Under the pieces are notes generated by a model that was given only the letters and a program-made list of their open reading frames with translations, did not search any database and was not told the DNA's origin. This document shows, in pieces, positions 22,901 through 33,289 of a stretch of 64,000 bases of DNA (position 1 is the first letter of the stretch; every line of letters starts with the position of its first letter). This DNA comes from Macrostomum hystrix. Lineage: Eukaryota > Animalia > Platyhelminthes. Both the position numbers and the translations under genes were made by a program. The stretch covers positions 1,550,001 through 1,614,000 of the forward strand of contig CATNEN010000041.1 in assembly GCA_950097015.1 (NCBI GenBank), in the 5' to 3' direction.

Positions 22901-24552
22901 ATTCTTCTCTTAAGGAAATTAGCTAGCCATGGGGCGGTCAGATACAATCAGCTCATGCTGTACTGCACAGCAATGATAGAAAGCATAGCTCTGTATGCCT
23001 CCGAGGCCTGGGGGGCTTTTGTCTCGTGGAACCTGGGTCCTTGGGACCTCTGTCTTTTTGAAAGGGTAAACATCAGGTGCTGTAAAGCCATACTACAAGT
23101 CAGCCAAAATACAGATGGCAACGGTGCCCGCTCGGAGTTAGGCAGATTGCCTTTATTATACAACATCCAGAAAAGAAGCATTTCATACTGGGCCTCCATA
23201 ACAAGCCGGCCGGACTCCATAATTTTCAAGTTATTAGCGGACCCAACATACAGTGATGTTGGAATCAAAGCAAAGACCAACAATGAGGTTATGCTCAACT
23301 GCAGAGGCATTAGTCCTGCAAATGCAATTAGAAACCACAGAAAAAATTTTGTTTCTCAGTTCGATACCAATTGGAGACAAAGGACACAGAACTCAAGCAA
23401 GCTAAGTCACTTCTATTACTCCTTTAAGCAATAATATTCAGCCGAAAAATATTTACAACAAATATAAAACCCAGAGTTGAGACGTACCATATCCTCGTTT
23501 AGACAAGGAAACCATAAGCTAGCTTGCGAAACATTGCGAACTGCGAGACCGAAAATTCCGTATGTGAATAGATTATGTAGTAAGTGCAAAACAGAAGTTG
23601 AAAACGAGGTCCACTTCCTTTTTAAGTGCAGTTGGAATATGTATAGCGCAGCACGTTCGAATTTTGAGAAGAGAATTTCTGGGAAAACTCCCAATTTCGC
23701 ATCCTTAACAGCAGAAGAGAAATCTAACTACATAATGGCTCAAGACGATAGGGAAACCACTGAAGCTTTAGCAAAGTACATCATAGACATCTCTAAAATA
23801 AGAGAACAGCTGCCCTGAGACTACGAGCTCGTACTAACATTTAACAATATATTTTTCATATTTTTTTATTTCTGGCGCCCCTTGTGTTTTTACTGGTCTT
23901 ATTTTTAATACCTTTGCTTTTCCCTTCCCAGCTCAATAGTTGAATCCTACAAAACTTCGCTTTTTATCTTTTTCGTTGTCCATTAAAATATTTGTTGTCA
24001 AAAATATACAAAGGAAAAAAATCAGCACCCATAGATGGCGTGCGCGTTTTAATAATAATTCACGCACATCATCCGCCCCATTCACTCACATCATCCGCCC
24101 CATTCACTCACATCATCCGCCCCATTCACTCACATCATCCGCCCCATTCACTCACATCATCCGCCCCATTCACTCACATCATCCGCCCCATTCACTCACA
24201 TCATCCGCCCCATTCACTCACATCATCCGCCCCATTCACTCACATCATCCGCTCCTTTCACCCACCCGCAGCCTCGAGCTGGTCCTACAACCCCATAACC
24301 GGGCGCCGGGAGCCGCCTAGGCCGGATCCCACAGCCGGCATGACGGAAGAGCAGAAAGAGTTCGAGGTGCACCGGGTGATGCAGGCCATTGACAGGCTGC
24401 AGGCCACCGGGGTCATCAGCCCGGCTGTGATTGGCCAGGACGGCCGGCCCTGCCCTGTGAGCCACCCGCTGGAGCTAGTGGACCGGCTGGCCGAGCAGGC
24501 GGCGAAGCGGCAGGGCCGACAACGGGGCGACGGAAGCGACAGTGACGATTAG
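16965..24552 (+). CDS. RIC8: Synembryn / RIC8 G-alpha GEF and chaperone, 614 aa, 4 coding exons
   Basis: join(16965..17741,18394..18889,20020..20310,24272..24552), phases 0, 1, 1. Motifs ESLMCLCNL, FDLRLLFLLTA, HTGYGNFAGFLARRGLM, YNPITG...GMTEEQKEFE, acidic C-terminal SDSDD. Confidence 0.95.
17803..18335 (-). repeat. 20-bp minisatellite (RIC8 intron 1), reverse complement of the RAD9 intron 2 unit
   Basis: tgacctgtgtccctcctgaa is the reverse complement of ttcaggagggacacaggtca. Confidence 0.93.
18946..19942. repeat. 24-bp minisatellite, about 41 copies (RIC8 intron 2)
   Basis: Unit ctgaccagtttctgtattg(a/t)cctacag-type, period 24. Confidence 0.95.
20450..24060 (+). mobile_element. 5'-truncated, decayed APE-type non-LTR retrotransposon (ORF2 only) in RIC8 intron 3
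   Basis: Endonuclease GRLSNG, CYIPPENSKY, GDFNARTG, STIDY; RT KAAGIDG, WSNALITPIYKKGSRSDPKNYRP, YCDD, KYLGF; C-terminal RLCSKC...NEVHFLFKC. RT core deleted near 22595; stop codons near 23434; taataataat tail near 24050. Confidence 0.9.
21147..21743 (+). mobile_element. tRNA-derived SINE inserted in the LINE, 597 bp
   Basis: 14-bp TSD GAAGAAATAATTAG (21133..21146 and 21744..21757); A-box-like tgggtcagcgg and B-box-like agttcgattc in the 5' head. Confidence 0.85.
24062..24258. repeat. 22-bp minisatellite immediately before RIC8 exon 4
   Basis: Unit cattcactcacatcatccgccc. Confidence 0.93.
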
Positions 24553-24963
24553 CGGCATAGAGGATCGGAGTTCGCCCACGTGCTCCCAAACCAATGGACC
24601 CATCATGGACTTCAAATTATGCTAGCTGTTGTGTCGTCTGCTTTTAGTACATTTTTATCCAGATTGCGCAGCCAATCCTCTGTCTTCTACTCAATCAGAG
24701 GTGCGCCGCCTATCGTTAAGAGTATAATTATTACAAGTCGAAGTTATGCAGCAGTATAACTGTTTTCTAGCATTGTTGTAAATGTTTTATATATTTATAT
24801 TGCTGAGATCTAGAATTTCAGAGTTAATGAATGGACTGCCGCTATTTAGACATACTGAAAGCACTCTATCGAAATTTGAAATATACTAAACCAGTGTTTT
24901 ACATCTACTTTTGTTGTGGCATCCACCCCAATGCTGTCGCTTGTTTTGTTTGACCAGCCTTGC

Positions 24964-25625
24964 CTGTCAGCAGTATGACCCATGTTCTCAGCCATGACTG
25001 TCAGCAGTATGACCCCTGTTCTCAGCCATGGCTGTCAGCAGTATGACCCCTGTTCTCAGCCATGACTGTCAGCAGTATGACCCCTGTTCTCAGCCATGAC
25101 TGTCAGCAGTATGACCCCTGTTCTCAGCCATGACTGTCAGCAGTATGACCCCTGTTCTCAGCCATGACTGTCAGTAATGGGGTCCCTGTTCTTAGCCATG
25201 TCTGTCAGCAGTATGACCCCTATTCTCAGCCATGACTGTCAGCAGTATGACCCCTGTTCTCAGCCATGACTGTCTGCAGTATGACCCCTATTCTCAGCCA
25301 TGACTGTCAGCAGTATGACCCCTGTTCTCAGCCTTGACTGTCAGCAGTATGACCCATGTTCTCAGCCTTGACTGTCAGCAGTATGACCCATGTTCTCAGC
25401 CTTGACTGTCAGCAGTATGACCCCTGTTCTCAGCCTTGACTGTCAGCAGTATGACCCCTGACAGGGTCAGCCTTGACTGTCAGCAGTATGACCCATGTTC
25501 TCAGCCATGACTGTCAGTAATGGGGTCCCTGTTCTTAGCCATGACTGTCAGCTGTATGACCTCTGTTCTCACGTGACTGTTCAGCAGTATGAGTCCTGTT
25601 CTGAGCTATGACTGTCAGCAGCATG
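24964..25625. repeat. 34-bp minisatellite
   Basis: Unit ctgtcagcagtatgacccctgttctcagccatga. Confidence 0.93.
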
Positions 25626-25663
25626 ACCACTGAGAATGATCCTGACGCTCCATTGCATTCCAG

Positions 25664-25974
25664 CCGGAGCAACCGGCAGCATGGAGGCAGCGGCAGTGAT
25701 CAGGACAGAGACAGGAGGCGGCAGTCTGTGGCGCAGTCTGCCGAGAATCTTCAGTGGTCAGCGGAAGGAGCCGGCCGAGCAGCCGAGTCCAGCGAAGCGA
25801 CCCGTGTTGAATGGCGTCAGCTCGCTGCGTCAGCTGCTGGATCGGGGGCTGCTGCGAGCCGCCAGTTCGACATCTGCCGAGGCCACATCCGGCGGCGCCG
25901 GCAGCGGTGGACGGCAGCGGAAGTGGTCGGCCGTCTATCGTGATCTGAATGCCGTGTCGCCTTCGAGCTTTTAA
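25664..25974 (+). CDS. Orphan coding exon: either a 97-aa ORF from ATG 25681 or an alternative RIC8 terminal exon
   Basis: Acceptor cattgcattccag| at 25663; GC-rich exon-like codon usage; open to TAA at 25974; phase 1 matches the RIC8 exon 3 donor. Confidence 0.5.
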
Positions 25975-26025
25975 TTGACTTCATTGGCTTCAGGGGCCAA
26001 TGTTGGCTTTTTGGTTGGACTATAG

Positions 26026-26322
26026 CTGGGATTCTGCCTGTGGATTGCTAGCCTAGCCCGCATCCCCAGCTGTGAGTCTGACAGTGGGAGATGGGATTCT
26101 GCCTGTGGATTGCTAGCCTAGCCCGCATCCCCAGCTGTGAGTCAGACAGTGGGAGATGGGATTCTGCCTGTGGATTGCTAGCCTAGCCCGCATCCCCAGC
26201 TGTGAGTCTGACAGTGGGAGATGGGATTCTGCCTGTGGATTGCTAGCCTAGCCCGCATCCCCAGCTGTAAGTCTGACAGTGGGAGATGTGATTCTGCCTG
26301 TGGATTGCTAGCCTAGCCCGCA
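26026..26322. repeat. 65-bp minisatellite, about 4.5 copies
   Basis: gggattctgcctgtggattgctagcctagccc... period 65 (26028 to 26093). Confidence 0.93.
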
Positions 26323-26794
26323 ACTTCGTTTGAAAAAGCGTTAACTTATTTAACCTTAATCATACTGTTCTTGTTTCCCATTGATAAGAGTTTATTTGCA
26401 TAAGTAGTGCACAGTTTTCTACACATATCGGATTATATAATAGTATTCTGAGTTGTCAACTGCGAGCACAGATTAATATATGCTGTTTACCCTGTGACTG
26501 TCAATAATCTCAGACCTACTGGTTGCTTCTAAATTGCATGTTCACAATGGTCTCTAAATATTCGAGTGAGTTCTAATATTGTGCTCAAATATTCATGAAG
26601 CTACCCCTGCTTGGGCGTAAATTCCTGTATTTTTGTTCATTGATTGTTCACTCTCTTCTTCAATTAAGCAATTTACAAGAATATCAAAATATCATTCAGT
26701 TGAACTGCACTTGTTTATTTCCAGTTAAAGATAATTGTTTTCTTCACTTTCTTCATTGTTGTCATTTAAGTCAATCCCAGAGTTTCCACTGGCA

Positions 26795-27150
26795 CCAGTC
26801 AAACCCCCACTGACAGCAGTCAAACCCCCACTGACAGCAGTCAAATCCCCACTGACAGCAGTCAAATACCCACTACAACAGTCAAGTCCCCACTGACAGC
26901 AGTCAAGTCCTCACTGACAGCAGTCAAGTCCCCACTGACAGCAGTCAAATCCTCACTGACAGCAGTCAAATCCCACTGACCACAGTCAAATCCCCACTGA
27001 CAGCAGTCAAGTCCCCACTGACAGCAGTCAAGTCCTCACTGACAGCAGTCAAGTCCCCACTGACAGCAGTCAAGTCCCCACTGACAGCAGTCAAATCCTC
27101 ACTGACAGCAGTCAAATCCCACTGACCACAGTCAAATCCCCACTGACAGC
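26795..27150. repeat. About 21-bp minisatellite
   Basis: Unit agtcaaatccccactgacagc. Confidence 0.9.
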
Positions 27151-27277
27151 ATCTCTTGCATCACAGCGAATAAAAAAGTTTTAATTTAAAAAAGCCACAC
27201 AATGGCTGTTTTACGAGCTATAGCATATGGTATCCTGCTGATCGATTTATCGATAATCTCTAACTTCCCATCGGCAG

Positions 27278-28585
27278 CCGCCATTGGCCGATTTGCAGCT
27301 GGCGGCGGCAGTTGCCATGGCAACCTGCTTCTGCTGCATGATGGCGGCCCCCGGCCCTACGCGCGACAGCGCTGCCGCCGTGGACGTCGGAGCCTCCGCC
27401 AACGCCACCCGCCGGCTGCTGTCCCTGCCGCAGGAGGCCCGGTCCGCCACCGCCGCCCTGGACGCCTGCCTGCTGACGGAGGCCTCGGGCCCGCGCTGCG
27501 CCTGGACTCTGCTGGAGGTCGGCATAGACGCCGACAGTCCATCGATGGTTCGCTCAGTCAGTTGCCACAGCGACGCCGCGCTGACGACCTGTCAGCCAGA
27601 AGCGGGTGCAGCTGGGTGAGTAATGTATCATCTGTTGGCTTTCATTCCTCTTCTGAATTCATCGAATTCAAAACCTTAGAATCCCAATTCCCAGCCTTGC
27701 TAGAATCCCAATTCCCAGCCTTGCTAGAATCCCAATTCCCAGCCTTGCTAGAATCCCAATTCCCAGCCAAGCTAGAATCCCAATTCCCAGCCTTGCTAGA
27801 ATCCCAATTCCCAGCCTTCCTAGAATCCCAATTCCCAGCCTTGCTAGAATACCAATTCCCAGCCTTGCTAGAATCCCAATTCCCAGCCTTGCTAGAATAC
27901 CAATTCCCAGCCAAGCTAGAATCCCAATTCCCAGCCTTGCTAGAATCCCAATTCCCAGCCTTGCTAGAATCCCAATTCCCAGCCTTGCTAGAAACACACC
28001 ATCCCATTGAATCCCAGACCAGCTTCGAGTGCAGCGTGCGGCGGCTGCCCAGCGTGTCTGCGGTTGTTCGGCGATGTCCGCGGCAGCGGCGGAGGCGCGG
28101 ACTTGAAAGTCGGCTGTCTCTGCTCCTGCCGATTCACCCACGATGCGGCTGAATCAATCTCGGCCAACCGCTCCTATCCATGCGGCTCAGCTGACGCCGC
28201 TGCTGCCTGCGGCACCTTCGCCGAGAGCCGGACCGAGGAACCAGCAGCCGCGGCAGGCCAGAAGACCTACCTGTACGTCGGCCCGCTGGCCGGCCTGGCG
28301 GTGATGGCGGCCATCGGCTGCGCCGTGCTGCGCCGCAACCACATCTGCCGCAGCACTGACACTCCCCGCATCACTGGCCAGATTGAGTTCGCCTTCTCAG
28401 ACCCGCAGCAGCAGCAGCAACAGCCGCTGCAGCCCGTCTCCGGCCGCCGGGAGAGCTGCTCCAGGTGCGGCGCCGTGCGGGTTGAAGTCACAGCGCCCGA
28501 TGGCGAGGCTGAGCCGCTCGCGTCGACTTCGGCTGATGCCACTGCTGCTGCTGCTGATGCTGCTGCATCTAAAGAACCGCTTTGA
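27278..28585 (+). CDS. Orphan Cys-rich type I membrane protein (2 exons; start uncertain)
   Basis: join(<27278..27615,28018..28585) with a phase 2 GTGAGT/CAG intron. Hydrophobic N-terminus, Cys-rich ectodomain, TM YLYVGPLAGLAVMAAIGCAVL followed by RR, and a low-complexity tail. First ATG at 27317. Confidence 0.7.
27677..27992. repeat. 24-bp intronic minisatellite
   Basis: Unit tagaatcccaattcccagccttgc. Confidence 0.95.
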
Positions 28586-28599
28586 TGGCTGGGGGCCAG

Positions 28600-29070
28600 T
28601 GTGATCCCTATAGGATTATTCAGTGTGATCCCTATTGGATAATTCAGTGTGATCCCTATAGGATTATTCAGTGTGATCCCTATAGGATAATTCAGTGTGA
28701 TCCCTATAGGATTATTCAGTGTGATCCCTATTGGATAATTCAATGTAATCCCTATAGGATAATTCAGTGTGATCCCTATAGGATTATTCAGTGTGATCCC
28801 TATTGGATAATTCAATGTAATCCCTATAGGATAATTCAGTGTGATCCCTATAGGATTATTCAGTGTGATCCCTATTGGATAATTCAATGTAATCCCTATA
28901 GGATTATTCAGTGTGATCCCTATAGGATAATTCAGTGTGATCCCTCTAGGATAATTCAGTGTGATCCCTCTAGGATAATTCAGTGTAATCCCTATAGGAT
29001 AATTCAGTGTGATCCCTATAGGATAATTCAGTGTAATCCCTATAGGATAATTCAGTGTGATCTCTGATCC
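28600..29070. repeat. 24-bp minisatellite
   Basis: Unit tcagtgtgatccctataggataat. Confidence 0.93.
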
Positions 29071-29989
29071 CTTGGGGATAATTTAGTAATCCCCTGTTGA
29101 TATTCAGTGTCCTTGATCCCTATGGGATAATTCAGTGTGAGTCATTCACGATAATTCATTCTCGGGAGGAAAATTCATGTGACCTCATCTGATAGTTCAA
29201 CATCATATTTCGTGATCCCTTGTTTCCTAAGTGGATCCTAATGTGTTTTAGCGCGCGTGTCACTTCTGTAAGTTTTCAAAATTGCAATTTAATCTGTATA
29301 TTTTTATCTGGTTAATCAGGTTCATCAGGTAATTGATCCAGCCTCATAATTGTGACTCATCCGCACCTGAGCATAGGTGAGTATAGCTGAGCACACATGC
29401 GTACTCAAACTAGCCGTCTATTCCCATAAGTTATTCGCAGTCACAAGCTCACCAGTCAGGCCGCATGCTTTATCGTCAGCCGTGTGTGGCCTCGATTCCG
29501 TATTATTTCAGCACGCGTTTGTTGGATGCATTTTTAACCATTGCCGACGCACAAACCGGATGCGATGCCACAATAATTGCTTTTGTAATTATAATCGGCT
29601 ATATTCCTCATGGCTCTACTCTTTTGTCTAAACTCATTCTAGTCAGTCGGATGTGACTCAAGTTTTTTAGTCACGAAATTTTATTGCATCTTATTTTTTT
29701 GAGTATATCATTTGATCATTTGAGTATATCGCTTTGTCCTTTAAAATGTTTTCACTTTTTCGGAATGGCTTTATGAAGCCTTCTTACTTTGTTTAAGCCA
29801 GCTCGATTTATTATCAACGACTAACCACATTACGCTTGCTACGCATTGTACACCACATAATTCACAATATCCACATTAAATATCAGGCCAATATACGGCA
29901 ATATAAACTTTTTCTTTTTGTTCAACTCTTGTTGCTAAACTGCAACAACTAGCAGGCGATTTTCTGATTTCAAAAATATATAAGTAACC

Positions 29990-30765
29990 GTGTGAGAATC
30001 GTCAGGTTCTGTGGTGTGAGAATCATCAGGTTCTGTGGTGTGAGAATCGTCAGGTTCTGGGGTGTGAGAATCGTCAGGTTCTGGGGTGTGAGAATCATCA
30101 GGTTCAGTGGTGTGAGAATCGTCAGGTTCTGGGGTGTGAGAATCATCAGGTTCTGGGGTGTGAGAATCATCAGGTTCAGTGGTGTGAGAATCGTCAGGTT
30201 CTGTGGTGTGAGAATCGTCAGGTTCTGGGTGTGAGAATCGTCAGGTTCTGGGGTGTGAGAATCATCAGGTTCTGGGGTGTAAGAATCATCAGGTTCTGGG
30301 GTGTGAGAATCATCAGGTTCTGGGGTGTGAGAATCATCAGGTTCTGGGGTGTGAGAATCATCAGGTTCAGTGGTGTGAGAATCATCAGGTTCTGTGGTGT
30401 GAGAATCGTCAGGTTCTGGGTGTGAGAATCGTCAGGTTCAGTGGTGTGAGAATCGTCAGGTTCAGTGGTGTGAGAATCGTCAGGTTCAGTGGTGTGAGAA
30501 TCGTCAGGTTCTGGGGTGTGAGAATCATCAGGTTCTGGGGTGTAAGAATCATCAGGTTCTGGGGTGTGAGAATCATCAGGTTCTGGGGTGTGAGAATCAT
30601 CAGGTTCTGGGGTGTGAGAATCATCAGGTTCAGTGGTGTGAGAATCATCAGGTTCTGTGGTGTGAGAATCGTCAGGTTCAGTGGTGTGAGAATCGTCAGG
30701 TTCAGTGGTGTGAGAATCGTCAGGTTCAGTGGTGTGAGAATCGTCATGTTCTGTGCTGTGAGAAT
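29990..30765. repeat. 24-bp minisatellite upstream of RPA3
   Basis: Unit gtgagaatcgtcaggttctggggt. Confidence 0.95.
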
Positions 30766-30816
30766 CGCCGCTGTCCCATAGTAAGCAATTGCGTCTTATG
30801 TATTTCAGTCACCGTC

Positions 30817-31520
30817 ATGGATGAATTCTACGATGACGTGGACTGGGCTGACTCGCCCGCCGCATCTGCTGCGAGCGGCACCGAAGCAGCCAGTGTTGGC
30901 AGCCGCCGTCGAGTCAACGGCCGCATTCTGACCTCTGGTGGCGGCAGTGAAGCATCTCCGGTCTGCCTCCTTGGCCGCGTGACCTCCGTAGGCGACTCGT
31001 CGTCCGGCACCGTCTGGACGGTTGCCGCTCCCGACTCCGTGCCGGTGCGCGTCAACTTCTGCCGGCGCTCTGGGGTTCCCGCCGCCACCGCCGGCCAGCT
31101 GGTGGAGCTGGTGGGGCTGGTGATGGCCGGGCAGACAGCCAGGTTGGTCTCTCATTCTTTTAGATTTGCAATGCCTGACGCATTGCTTCTACCTTATCCT
31201 TTGTGGATCCCTGATGAGGCATTACTTATTCTTATTAACTGAGCACCTACTCAAAGTAGGCTGTGGTGAATGCGACTTTGCGCCTTCGTGCTGCAAACCA
31301 CGTTGCGTTGCAGGTGTGATAATTCTCTGTATATTATCCTTCGTTTTCCTGGGACTTCTGCGATCTCACTGAAACCCACCCGCCCCGCAGTCCGGAGATG
31401 CGGGTCACGGAGTCGGTGCTGGTGTTCTCCGACTCGCAGAGCGAGGCCTTCGACATGGCGGTGTACAACTCGGCCGTGGAGATCGCTGCCAGATTCGCAC
31501 AATGCTACTACACAGGCTAG
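30817..31520 (+). CDS. RPA3: Replication protein A 14-kDa subunit, 151 aa, 2 exons
   Basis: join(30817..31142,31391..31520), phase 2. RRRVNG..PVCLLGRV..LVELVG..AFDMAVYNSAVEI parallels human RSRINAG..PVCFVGR..IVEVVG..FDLGLYNEAVKI. Confidence 0.88.
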
Positions 31521-31880
31521 GGGCGCGGCTGAGATTTATATTCATTTTGAGCTTCTCAACATTTTGAGCTTTGGCGCGGCATTTTCACAGTTTACAAATT
31601 GGCGCCATTAATGCTCCGCTGCTCTTGTTTAAGCTCTTGAACAATTCTGGCAAGTGCTGAATAAATTTACAACGCAAATAAACCAAGCATCACAGTTCAT
31701 AAAATGTGTTCATTCTAACTGCTCGGCACTGCAGTTTGCCTCGTAACTTAAAATTCTTAAAAATGAAGCTTTTTAACTCATCGCGAATTGTTGAAACAAA
31801 GTTCCGTAGACCGATTGTCTTAATTCTTTCACTCAAGTCTCCGACGCACAGTCAACACAAACAAACTCAGCCAGCTCAGC

Positions 31881-33073
31881 CTACGGGCTGAGGCACCAGC
31901 TAGCAGTCTGCTCAAACTCCTGCTTTGTGAGAACCCGATTGCTCATTGCGAAGCAGGTCATGCTTCCCAACAGGGACCAGGAGTCCTGGGCCGTGTCGGC
32001 TCCGAGAATCAGGCAGTCGAATCGCCTCAGGTCATTGGCCGTGCCGCTGTTCGATGTGAAGCTGCTGGTTGAGAAGAGGCTGCCGTTCTCGTAAGACGCA
32101 ATCGGCTTGGATCCGTTGACTGTAATGCCGATTGACAGAACCGCGACGGAGCTCCCGCTGCCAAATCCACCGTTTGAGGTATAGTACAACTGCTGGCCAG
32201 TGCTGAGCACGTACAATCCGAGAAGCGGGCCGCCTCTGTCCATGTAGAAGTTTGTGGCCCAGTCCGTAGTGTCGCAGCGTTTCAGAATAGCATAGGTCGC
32301 CCTGCAGTGGAGTGATATGTGCTAATCTACGCTTGGACTGAGAGCAGTGAACGCCAATATTGGCCAAGTCAAGCAGCTTGTTCCTTCGGTTCCTTGAAAT
32401 ATGAATACTCACTTTGCGCTCAATGGATGCCGAACCACCGCGAACATTGAGTAGGACCCGCCCTTCACTAGGGTGCTGGAGAAGGCCCCCATGCTAGCAG
32501 TCAGGCGAGATGAAACGCTGCCAGTGAAGTAAGCCCCGCTGCTATTGACGACCGCATTGCTGACCTGCAGGGTGCCGTTGCCCGGACTGGCCACGTTCAG
32601 CAGTCCGTGCGTGCCGAACCGGTACAAAAAGCTGAGGCTGAGTTGCTGGACGATCGGAGGCAGCGCGCTGCCCTTGATGCCATCTGAAGTGCCGAATTGT
32701 ACAACGACGTACGAGTTCAGCACAATATGCAAAGCTGGCTCACTAACTCACCGATCACGGCTGCCAGTCGCCCCTCCAATACGTAGGTCATGCAGGAACC
32801 CCATGTCCACAGCTCCAGACCCTGGCTGGTGGAGGGGCCCCTGACGCATCTGCGGGTCGCCGCATCGAAATGGAACAGCTCGCATGCGGCCAGGCTGCGA
32901 CAGGCAGCCGCGCAGCGGAGCTTCGAGGCCGATGGAGCGCACAGCAGCTGCTCCGCTGCGGTCGAATTTCCAGGGCACAGGTTGATCAGGTTGAACTTGG
33001 CCACATCCGAGTTGCACTGCACAGCGCTCGGTAGGCTGAGGATGCAGAGCAGAGCAGCCGCACTGCAGAGCAT
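31881..33073 (-). CDS. Secreted PAN/apple + LamG/concanavalin-like protein, about 354 aa
   Basis: complement(join(31881..32301,32413..32734,32752..33073)). Signal peptide MLCSAAALLCILSLPSAVQC; PAN-like SKLRCAAACRSLAACELFHFD..C; LamG-like end GSMTCFAMSNRVLTKQEF. The first junction needs a 17-nt intron or a frameshift. Confidence 0.7.
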
Positions 33074-33289
33074 GCTGTGGACGAGTGGAACAGGTCGCTT
33101 TCTGCCTCAATTCTATCGCTGAGGTACATCGTCTGATGCGATAGACAGCAGCCTCTCCAATCCTGCTGTGTACAGCAGCATCCTCCCCAATTGTACAACG
33201 ACGTACGAGTTCAGCACAATATGCAAAGCTGGCTCACTAACTCACTCATCTCATGCATTGTTGGACAGCAGCTTCTCCAGTCCTACTGT

